Part shown: piece by piece, positions 33,440 through 41,655 of the stretch
Layout of the letters: each line of letters starts with the position of its first letter
How positions within the stretch are numbered: position 1 is the first letter of the stretch
Assembly (NCBI GenBank): GCA_963806225.1
Contig: CAWDXG010000001.1
Coordinates: 1,184,001-1,248,000, forward strand
Length of the DNA stretch: 64,000 nucleotides
Direction: 5' to 3'
Origin: an uncultured delta proteobacterium
GTDB taxonomy: Bacteria > Myxococcota_A > Polyangia > Polyangiales > Polyangiaceae
Position numbers and translations under genes: made by a program
Notes under the pieces: generated by a model
Told to the model about the DNA's origin: nothing
The model's database searches: none
Seen by the model: only the letters and a program-made list of their open reading frames with translations

Positions 33440-35455
33440 GTGATCCAGATCCCGCCAGATGACGACCTGCTCGCCTCGCTGTCCGGTCTGACGCTGAAGT
33501 CGCCGCACGAGCGCAAGGTGCGCTACCAGCTCGACCGCCCGCTTGGAGCGGGCAGCTTCGCGGTGGCGTTCTTCTCGCTCCGGCGCTCGACGGAGGGGCA
33601 CTCGCCGGTGGTCTTGAAGATCGTCCGGCCGCGCATGATGCGCGAGCAGGGCGAGACCGCGCGGCTTGCCGTCGAGAAGGAGGCGATCGCGCTCAAGCGG
33701 CTCAACGAGCGCGTGCCTCCGACGCCGTTCGTGGTGCGGCTGATCGACAGCGGCGCGGTGGGCGTGACGCAGGGGGGCATGGAGATGAACCTGCCCTGGC
33801 TGGCGCTCGAGTACGTGCATGGCGGCGCGGAGGGCACCACGCTCGACGAGCGCGTGGACTTCTCGGTGGAGCAGACGGGCTACGCTTTCGATCCGGATCG
33901 CGCAGCGCTGGCGGTCACCTGCCTGGCCAGCGGGCTCGAGGCCATCCACGAGGTCGGCGTCGTGCACCGCGACGTGACGCCGTGGAACGTGCTCTGCTGC
34001 GGCTTCGGCACGGACGAGCTGTTCAAGATCGCCGACTTCGGCATCGCGCGGCAGTTGGACAAGAGCACCGGTACCTTCATCGGTGCGCCCGGCGGCACCG
34101 CCGGCTACGCCGCGCCCGAGCAGATCAAGCAGGACGGCGTCGGCATGGGACCGCCGAGCGACGTCTTCAGCCTCGCTGCGGTGGTGTTCCGGCTGCTCAC
34201 GGGCGAGGAATACTTCGAGGCCCCGACCACCGCCGGCAGCGTTCTCCTGGCGCGGGAAAAGGAACGTCGCAGCATCACGTCGTGTCGCGGGCTCTGCCCC
34301 GAGCTCGCCGAACGCCCGCACGCCTGCGCCGCGCTCGACGCCTCGCTCGCGCACGCGACGGCCTTCGATCCGCGTCATCGGCCGCAGACGGTGTGGGAGT
34401 TCGCCGCCAGCGTGCTGCGCGCGCTGCGCCCCGATCCCAAACGTCGCAGCCCGCCGCGCCGCCGGCTCGAGAGCATCACCGAGCACTCGGGCGTCAGCCG
34501 CTACCAGTGGGGCTGGCACGTGCGACGCAATCCGGGGGCTGATCGCGTGATCCGCAGCGTGGCGTGGGAGGGCGACGGGCGCTGTCTGGCTGCCACCAAC
34601 AAGGGTCTGGCGTTCTGGAACGGGACGAGCTGGGTCGAGGCGCCGCTTCGCGGGATGCCGCCCGACGGCATCCGCTTCGTCGAACGCGTCGGCGCGGGAC
34701 AATGGCTGGTGGGCGGCGACAAGGCGACCATCGCGCACTACTCGCGGGACGGCGTGTCCGGCGTGCTGAAGGCGGACGATCCGCGCGTCACCTTTCTCCA
34801 GGCCAGTGGCGAGATCGGCGATCTTGCCGTGCTTGTGGCAGCGCGCCCGATCGAGCCGCCGCTCCTGTTCTCGCTGGCGGCGCACCGCTGGCTCAAGCCG
34901 GCGGCGCTCTCGAAGGCGAAGACGATCTCCGCGCTGGTGCGGCTCTCGGACGACAGCTGGCTCCTGAGCGGGCGGTCCCGCAAGGGCCAGGGCTTTGCCG
35001 CGATCTACTCGCCGTTGATGTTCGAGGTGCAGCGGCTGCGCGGCGCGGACGTGTCGGAGTACACCGACTGCGCGGCGCAGCCCGATCTCGGGCTGGGCGT
35101 GGTCGTCGGCGCGAGCGGGCGCGTGCTGCGCGTCGAGGGCGGCGAATCCACCGAATCGGTGGTGCCGGGCGAACCGGATCTGTCCGCGGTGGCCATGGAC
35201 ATCTCGGGGCGCGTGTGGACCAGCAGCACCGGGCACCTGTGGATGCACAATCCCGACAGCCCCGAGCCCTGGAACTGCGTGTGGCGCTCGGCTGACTGGC
35301 GTTCGCCGTTCGTGAGCGTGTTCGCCGATGTCGGTCTGGTGATCGGCATGACGGCCGACGGCGGCGTCATCGAAGGTCGCTGGGAGCTTGCCGATGCCCG
35401 CGCCTCGCGTACCTCCGGGAGCGGTCGCCTGCGTCGTTCGAGTGCTCCGGCGTAA
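33440..35455 (+). CDS. Ser/Thr protein kinase with C-terminal Trp-rich beta-propeller-like domain
   Basis: LGAGSFA, VVLK, HRDVTPWN, DFG, GTAGYAAPE, SDVFSL; start uncertain. Confidence 0.88.
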   Translation: MIQIPPDDDLLASLSGLTLKSPHERKVRYQLDRPLGAGSFAVAFFSLRRSTEGHSPVVLKIVRPRMMREQGETARLAVEKEAIALKRLNERVPPTPFVVRLIDSGAVGVTQGGMEMNLPWLALEYVHGGAEGTTLDERVDFSVEQTGYAFDPDRAALAVTCLASGLEAIHEVGVVHRDVTPWNVLCCGFGTDELFKIADFGIARQLDKSTGTFIGAPGGTAGYAAPEQIKQDGVGMGPPSDVFSLAAVVFRLLTGEEYFEAPTTAGSVLLAREKERRSITSCRGLCPELAERPHACAALDASLAHATAFDPRHRPQTVWEFAASVLRALRPDPKRRSPPRRRLESITEHSGVSRYQWGWHVRRNPGADRVIRSVAWEGDGRCLAATNKGLAFWNGTSWVEAPLRGMPPDGIRFVERVGAGQWLVGGDKATIAHYSRDGVSGVLKADDPRVTFLQASGEIGDLAVLVAARPIEPPLLFSLAAHRWLKPAALSKAKTISALVRLSDDSWLLSGRSRKGQGFAAIYSPLMFEVQRLRGADVSEYTDCAAQPDLGLGVVVGASGRVLRVEGGESTESVVPGEPDLSAVAMDISGRVWTSSTGHLWMHNPDSPEPWNCVWRSADWRSPFVSVFADVGLVIGMTADGGVIEGRWELADARASRTSGSGRLRRSSAPA

Positions 35456-35810
35456 GCACGCGGTCGAGCTCGTCGACGAAGCCTTGCGTTTCGAACGTGC
35501 GCAGCACCGAGGTCGCGCCGGCGTGCTGGATGCGCTCCGCCGCGCCGCCGTCGAGCAACGCCGCCGTGACCACGATCCTGAGCCCCGGATCAAGGCTGCG
35601 CAGCTCGCCCACCAGCGCCGCGCTGTCGGCGTCGGGCAGCGCGGCGTCGAGCAACACGCACTCGTAGCGATGCGCGCGCAGCAGCCGGCGCGCCTCGGCC
35701 GCGCTGGACGCGCGATCGGCGCGGTAGCCGAGCGTGCCGAGCAGCTCGAGCTGGTTTTCCGCCAACTCCTGGCTGGCTTCGACGACTAGAACTCTCGCGT
35801 GATCAGACAT
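35367..35810 (-). CDS. Stand-alone response-regulator receiver (atypical)
   Basis: RVLVVE, VLLDAALPD, IVVTA, AGA.SVL; conserved Lys absent. Confidence 0.7.
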   Translation of the reverse strand: MSDHARVLVVEASQELAENQLELLGTLGYRADRASSAAEARRLLRAHRYECVLLDAALPDADSAALVGELRSLDPGLRIVVTAALLDGGAAERIQHAGATSVLRTFETQGFVDELDRVLTPEHSNDAGDRSRRYARRGHRQAPSDLR

Positions 35811-36034
35811 CGCGGCACCCCCCCCCATGTGCCGCCGAAGATCCGTCGCGACGGGTCGTGTCGCGGGCGGACACTTCATGCGCCCTCTAGTGCAATGCGC
35901 GTGCCCTCCACGAACACCGCCGGAAACCCGCATCCCGCAGCCGGATGTGGCCTGTCCGGATGTGTCGCCTTTCCCCGGGCGTGGCGTTTTTGTACGCCCG
36001 TTGCGGAGGGCGCGGGCGTGCGCATCTTCAGGTC

Positions 36035-36163
36035 ATGGCCTCCGAAGACACCTACACCGAACACCTGCACGATCCGGCGACGCAAGTCCGCGGGGGCGTT
36101 ACCTGGCCCCGTTTCGCCATCCTGGCGGGACTCTTGATGGTCGTGTTCTGGGTGGCTCTGTAG
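36035..36163 (+). CDS. Small membrane protein (42 aa)
   Basis: MASEDTY...WPRFAILAGLLMVVFWVAL; single hydrophobic helix. Confidence 0.4.
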   Translation: MASEDTYTEHLHDPATQVRGGVTWPRFAILAGLLMVVFWVAL

Positions 36164-36193
36164 CGCCTAGCGCAGCCTACGCTCGGCTGTACG

Positions 36194-36832
36194 CTATGTG
36201 CCGGGCGGCCAGAGCTTGTTCACGATGTCCGACAGCTCCTTCACCGTGTCCGGCTTCATGCCGGTGTTCGGGAAGGGCCACGCGAAGTTGCGCGCCTGGA
36301 CCTGGTTGCACGAAAACGAGATCAGCACGTTGTTCGGCATCGCGCCGGGACCGGACTGGAAGGAGAGCCCCATCTCCGCGTACAGGCAGTTGGCGTGCGC
36401 CGCCTGGAAGTTGCCCTCGTGACCGAGCACATCCGCCAGCTTGTCTTTCAGATCGCTGTCGATGACCTGGGTCTGCCCGAGGATGCGGAAGCCCTCGAAG
36501 CGCGGCACCTGCTGTGCCGGCGCCGGAGCGGCCGGCGCCGCGGCGCCGCCCAGCATGCCCGGCGGAAGCAGACCCGGCGGGATCAGCTGCTGGAGCCCCT
36601 GCGCGCCCTGCTGGACCCACTGCTGGATCTGCGGAGGCAGTCCGGGGATCTGTCCGGGTGCGGTGGGCGCGGCGGTCTGCTGCTGCGGCGGCTCGTAGTT
36701 CTGCAGACGGAACGCCGTCAGGTTCGCGGTCTTCAGCGTGTCGAAAGGCGCAGCGGGCGCGCTGGCACACCCCATCGCCGTGAAGGCGAGCAGCAGAGTG
36801 GTCCCCAGTAGCCCCGATGTGGTCCTCAGCAT
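36194..36832 (-). CDS. Hypothetical lipoprotein
   Basis: Signal peptide with AMGC lipobox, Pro/Gln-rich linker, globular C-terminus. Confidence 0.7.
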   Translation of the reverse strand: MLRTTSGLLGTTLLLAFTAMGCASAPAAPFDTLKTANLTAFRLQNYEPPQQQTAAPTAPGQIPGLPPQIQQWVQQGAQGLQQLIPPGLLPPGMLGGAAAPAAPAPAQQVPRFEGFRILGQTQVIDSDLKDKLADVLGHEGNFQAAHANCLYAEMGLSFQSGPGAMPNNVLISFSCNQVQARNFAWPFPNTGMKPDTVKELSDIVNKLWPPGT

Positions 36833-36969
36833 GGTCAATCGGTAAAGCCTTTTCCCGGGGGCGTCCAGCGGCGTGTGGGCAGGCCAGCGGGCCGGCATGA
36901 TCACGCACCGCGCCGGGCTTGCGCCGCTATGCTGGCGCCTCACATCACTGCGGAGGAGGAGGACGGGCA

Positions 36970-37890
36970 TTGGCGCGTATCGTGGTGACAGGGGGAACCG
37001 GCTTTATCGGCTCGCATCTGGTGCGCGCCCTGGTCGGTCGCGGGGACAGCGTCACTGTACTCAGCCGGGATCCGGCCAGCGTGCCGCGGCGTCTGGGCGA
37101 GGCGGTGATCGGCCGGGCCTGGGATCCGGAGCAGGCCGGCGACTGGTTCGGCGAGCTGTCGGGTCAGGACGCGGTGGTGCACCTGGCTGGCGAGCAGGCC
37201 GTCGGCGTGCGCTGGACCGAAGCCGCCAAGCAGCGCATCCACGACAGCCGCGTGGATAGCGCGCGGCTCCTGGTGGAAGCCATGGCCGCCGCCGCCGCGC
37301 GGCCGCGCGCGTTCGTGTGCGCGTCGGGCATCAACATCTACGGCGCGCATCCCGGCGACGAGGAGATCGACGAGCAGGGCCCGGTGGGCAGCGACTTCCT
37401 GGCGCGCGTCGCCTTCGACTGGGAAGCGGCGGCGCGCGAGGCCGAGGCGCTCGGCGTGCGCGTGGTCGCGACTCGCTTCGGTGTCGTCTTCGCCCGCGAC
37501 GGCGGCGCGCTCGAGCAGATGGCGCTCCCCTTCAAGCTGTTCGCGGGCGGCCCGCTCGGCAGCGGCAAGCAGGTCGTCTCCTGGGTGCACATCGACGACG
37601 TGATCGGCATCCTGCTCCGCTGCCTCGACGACGAAGCGATCCAGGGGGCCGTCAACGTCGTCGCGCCCTCCGCGGTGACGAATGCCGAGCTTTCGCGGGC
37701 CATCGGCAAGGTGCTGGGGCGGCCGAGCTGGCTCAGGGTGCCCGCGGCCGCGCTCAAGGCGCGCTTCGGCGAGGGGGCCGGGCCGCTTGTCACCGGACAG
37801 CGGGTCGTGCCACGGGTGATGCAGGAGCGGGGCTACTCCTGGCACTATCCCGAGCTCGGCCCGGCGCTCACGCAGGCGCTCGGCTCCTAG
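36970..37890 (+). CDS. TIGR01777/YfcH-like NAD-dependent epimerase family protein
   Basis: VTGGTGFIG, RW....K..I..SRV, DFLA.V...WE, GG.LGSG.Q..SWVH; TTG start with GGAGGAGG RBS. Confidence 0.9.
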   Translation: MARIVVTGGTGFIGSHLVRALVGRGDSVTVLSRDPASVPRRLGEAVIGRAWDPEQAGDWFGELSGQDAVVHLAGEQAVGVRWTEAAKQRIHDSRVDSARLLVEAMAAAAARPRAFVCASGINIYGAHPGDEEIDEQGPVGSDFLARVAFDWEAAAREAEALGVRVVATRFGVVFARDGGALEQMALPFKLFAGGPLGSGKQVVSWVHIDDVIGILLRCLDDEAIQGAVNVVAPSAVTNAELSRAIGKVLGRPSWLRVPAAALKARFGEGAGPLVTGQRVVPRVMQERGYSWHYPELGPALTQALGS

Positions 37891-37908
37891 CCCCGACGCC
37901 CGCCCCCC

Positions 37909-38934
37909 ATGTTCGAGCTCGCCATCCGCAGAGTCCTGACCGCCCTCGGGCTGCTCCTGTTCATCATCCTGCTCGGTGGCGTAGCGCTCTACTACCTCGG
38001 ACAGGGCGAGTACTCGTTCGCGCACTCTGTCTACTTCGCCGTGATCACCATCTCGACGGTGGGCTTCGCCGAGCTGCCGCACCTCGAGGCCCACTCCGCA
38101 GCCCGCCTGGTGACGGGCCTGATGATTCTCGCGGGCATCGGCACCATCGCCTTCTTCCAGTCGACGCTCACCGCGTTGCTCATCGAAGGCGTGATCGCGA
38201 AGGTTTTCCGGAGACGACGCATGAAGAACAAGATCGCCTCGCTCGCCGACCACATGGTCGTCGCCGGCTGCGGCCGCACCGGCAAGTACATCGTGGAAGA
38301 GCTCCACGCCATCGGTCAGTCCTTCGTCGTCATCGAACAGGACGAAGGACTGCTCGGCCGCTTGAACGAAGAGCTCGGCGGAAAGCTGCTCTACATCCTC
38401 GGCGACGCCACCGAGGATCACACCCTCGTCGCCGCCGGCGTCGAGCGCGCGCGTGGCGTCGTCTCCGCCCTCGCCGACGACCGCGACAACCTCTTCGTCA
38501 CCCTCTCCGCCCGCTCGCTCAACCCCCAAGCCCGCATCGTCTCCAAAGCCGTCGAGATCGAGAACGAGCCCAAGATCCTCAAAGCCGGCGCCAACAGCAC
38601 CGTCAGCCCCAACCGCATCGGCGGCATCCGCCTCGTCAGCGAGCTCGTCCGCCCCAAAGTCACCCAGTTCCTCGACCAGATGCTGCGCGTCACCAAGAAC
38701 CTCCGCTTCGAAGAAGTGAAGATCCCCCAAGGCTCCTCCTTCGCCGGCCGCACCCTCCGCGAAGTCCCCATCCGCGACAAAACCAACCTCCTCGTAGTCG
38801 CCCTCCACGAACCCCACGGCGGCTACATCTACAACCCCTCCCCCGACCACAAGCTTGAAGTAGGCACCGAGCTCATCGTAATGGGCGAAGTCCCCAGCGT
38901 GGAAAAGCTGCGCGAAATGGTGGACGGAGAGTAG
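37909..38934 (+). CDS. 2-TM potassium channel with RCK (TrkA-N/TrkA-C) domains
   Basis: Pore ITISTVGFAE, GCGRTG Rossmann, GDAT, N....L.AR.LNP, C-terminal TrkA-C. Confidence 0.9.
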   Translation: MFELAIRRVLTALGLLLFIILLGGVALYYLGQGEYSFAHSVYFAVITISTVGFAELPHLEAHSAARLVTGLMILAGIGTIAFFQSTLTALLIEGVIAKVFRRRRMKNKIASLADHMVVAGCGRTGKYIVEELHAIGQSFVVIEQDEGLLGRLNEELGGKLLYILGDATEDHTLVAAGVERARGVVSALADDRDNLFVTLSARSLNPQARIVSKAVEIENEPKILKAGANSTVSPNRIGGIRLVSELVRPKVTQFLDQMLRVTKNLRFEEVKIPQGSSFAGRTLREVPIRDKTNLLVVALHEPHGGYIYNPSPDHKLEVGTELIVMGEVPSVEKLREMVDGE

Positions 38935-38967
38935 CCGCGCGAACGCGCGGCGACGCGGGCGAAACCA

Positions 38968-39622
38968 CGCGACGCGGGGTGGCGGCGCGACGCGGCGGTG
39001 CGACGTGGGGTGGCGGCGCGACGCGGCGGTGCGACGTGGGGTGGCGGCGCGACGCGGCGGCGCGACGTGGGGTGGCGGCGCGACGTGGCGGCGCGACGTG
39101 GCGGTGCGACGTGGGGTGGCGGCGCGACGTGGCGGCGCGACGTGGCGGCGCGACGTGGGGTGGCGGCGCGACGTGGCGGTGCGACGTGGGGTGGCGGCGC
39201 GACGCGGCGGTGCGACGTGGGGTGGCGGCGCGACGTGGCGGTGCGACGTGGGGTGGCGGCGCGACGTGGGGTGGCGGCGCGACGTGGCGGCGCGACGTGG
39301 GGTGGCGGCGCGACGTGGCGGTGCGACGTGGGGTGGCGGCGCGACGTGGCGGCGCGACGTGGGGTGGCGGCGCGACGTGGCGGTGCGACGTGGGGTGGCG
39401 GCGCGTCGTGGCGGCGCGACGTGGGGTGGCGGCGCGACGCGGCGGTGCGACGTGGGGTGGCGGCGCGTCGTGGCGGCGCGACGTGGCGGTGCGACGTGGG
39501 GTGGCGGCGCGTCGTGGCGGCGCGACGTGGGGTGGCGGCGCGACGTGGCGGTGCGACGTGGGGTGGCGGCGCGTCGTGGCGGTGCGACGTGGGGTGGCGG
39601 TGCGACGTGGGGTGGCGGCGCG
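38968..39622. repeat. Irregular G-rich tandem array of 18-bp (GCGACGTGGGGTGGCGGC) and 13-bp (GCGACG[T/C]GGCGG[T/C]) units
   Basis: Directly visible over ~650 bp. Confidence 0.95.
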
Positions 39623-39723
39623 GGCTTCCGTGGGGTTCACGCGAAGAGGCCAAGGGCCGAGGTTTGTTTTTTGGGGTCGAGGGGTGGGGCGGCGCGGGGC
39701 AGCTCGTCCAGAGAGAGGGACCG

Positions 39724-41255
39724 CGCGCACGCGCAGGGCGACGCATGGGCGGACATACCCGGTTATGTCCGTCGAGATGTCGCCGCGCGGGCCGGCGCGC
39801 GCGCGCAGGGCGACGCATGGGCGGACATACCCGGTTATGTCCGTCGAGATGTCGCCGCGCGGGCCGGCGCGCACGCGCAGGGCGACGCATGGGCGGACAT
39901 AACCGGTCATGTCCGTCGAGATGTCGCCGCGCGGGCCGGCGCGCGCGCACAGGGCGACGCATGGGCGGACATAACCGGTTATGTCCGTCGAGATGTCGCC
40001 GCGCGGGCCGGCGCGCACGCGCAGGGCGACGCATGGGCGGACATAACCGGTTATGTCCGTCGAGATGTCGCCGCGCGGGCCGGCGCGCACGCGCAGGGCG
40101 ACGCATGGGCGGACATACCCGGTTATGTCCGTCGAGATGTCGCCGCGCGGGCCGGCGCGCACGCGCAGGGCGACGCATGGGCGGACATAACCGGTTATTT
40201 CCGTCGAAATGTCGCCGCGCGGCGCGGCGCGCACGCGCAGGGCGACGCATGGGCGGACATACCCGGTTATGTCCGTCGAGATGTCGCCGCGCGGGCCGGC
40301 GCGCACGCGCAGGGCGACGCATGGGCGGACATAACCGGTTATGTCCGTCGAAATGTCGCCGCGCGGCGCGGCGCGCACGCGCAGGGCGACGCATGGGCGG
40401 ACATACCCGGTTATGTCCGTCGAAATGTCGCCGCGCGGGCCGGCGCGCACGCGCAGGGCGACGCATGGGCGGACATAACCGGTTATGTCCGTCGAAATGT
40501 CGCCGCGCGGCGCGGCGCGCGCGCACAGGGCGACGCATGGGCGGACATAACCGGCTATGTCCGTCGAGATGTCGCCGCGCGGGCCGGCGCGCACGCGCAG
40601 GGCGACGCATGGGCGGACATACCCGGTTATGTCCGTCGAAATGTCGCCGCGCGGCGCGGCGCGCACGCGCAGGGCGACGCATGGGCGGACATAACCGGTT
40701 ATGTCCGTCGAGATGTCGCCGCGCGGGCCGGCGCGCGCGCACAGGGCGACGCATGGGCGGACATAACCGGTTATGTCCGTCGAGATGTCGCCGCGCGGCG
40801 CGGCGCGCGCGCACAGGGCGACGCATGGGCGGACATAACCGGTTATGTCCGTCGAGATGTCGCCGCGCGGGCCGGCGCGCACGCGCAGGGCGACGCATGG
40901 GCGGACATAACCGGTTATGTCCGTCGAAATGTCGCCGCGCGGCGCGGCGCGCACGCGCAGGGCGACGCATGGGCGGACATAACCGGTTATGTCCGTCGAG
41001 ATGTCGCCGCGCGGGCCGGCGCGCGCGCGCAGGGCGACGCATGGGCGGACATACCCGGTTATGTCCGTCGAGATGTCGCCGCGCGGGCCGGCGCGCACGC
41101 GCAGGGCGACGCATGGGCGGACATACCCGGTTATGTCCGTCGAGATGTCGCCGCGCGGGCCGGCGCGCGCGCGCAGGGCGACGCATGGGCGGACATACCC
41201 GGTTATGTCCGTCGAGATGTCGCCGCGCGGGCCGGCGCGCGCGCGCAGGGCGACG
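39724..41255. repeat. Tandem array of ~21 copies of a 72-bp unit with a central 22-bp palindrome CGGACATAACCGGTTATGTCCG
   Basis: Unit starts recur every 72 bp from ~39733 to ~41245; few variable positions; no unique spacers. Confidence 0.97.
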
Positions 41256-41258
41256 TTG

Positions 41259-41390
41259 GGTTTCCATGTGGCGAGTCATGGGGGCTCTTTTGTCCGGATG
41301 GCGGACATTTCGAGGGCTATGACGGGTCATGGGCCCTGTGGTGTCCGCATTCTGGACATTTCGAGGCCTCTGGTAATCCATGGGGAAACC
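41259..41390. repeat. ~130-bp dispersed intergenic element, copy 1 (TTCCATG...CATGG ends; two internal TGTCCG..GGACATTTCG units)
   Basis: Aligns by eye with 47920-48046. Confidence 0.75.
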
Positions 41391-41655
41391 AAGCCGCGCC
41401 TTGCCGCCGGTCCCGCGCGGTGGAGCGCACGCACCGCCGTGTCGCGCCGCTCGCTCCGCGCGGTGGACCCGGCGCTCCGCCGTGTCGCGCCGCTCGCTCC
41501 GCGCGGTGGAGCGCGCGCTCTGACGTGTCGCGCCGGACCCTCCCAAAAAAACAAGCCTGGTCCTGGCGTGCGTGACGATCCAGCGAGCGCGATCGGGCGA
41601 TCGGGCGATCGGGCGATCGGGCGATCGTGGTGCGCGACGCGTTGCCCGACGGGCG

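Noticed and set aside
39724..41255. CRISPR array
   Set aside because: The 72-bp period and palindrome look CRISPR-like, but the whole unit repeats with no unique spacers, and no cas genes are present.
38829..41575. Four long ORFs (741-905 aa) across the repeat complex
   Set aside because: They are open on both strands because the GC-rich units lack stops in those frames; low complexity, no clear RBS, and frames shift through the 13/18-bp array. Not called as CDS.
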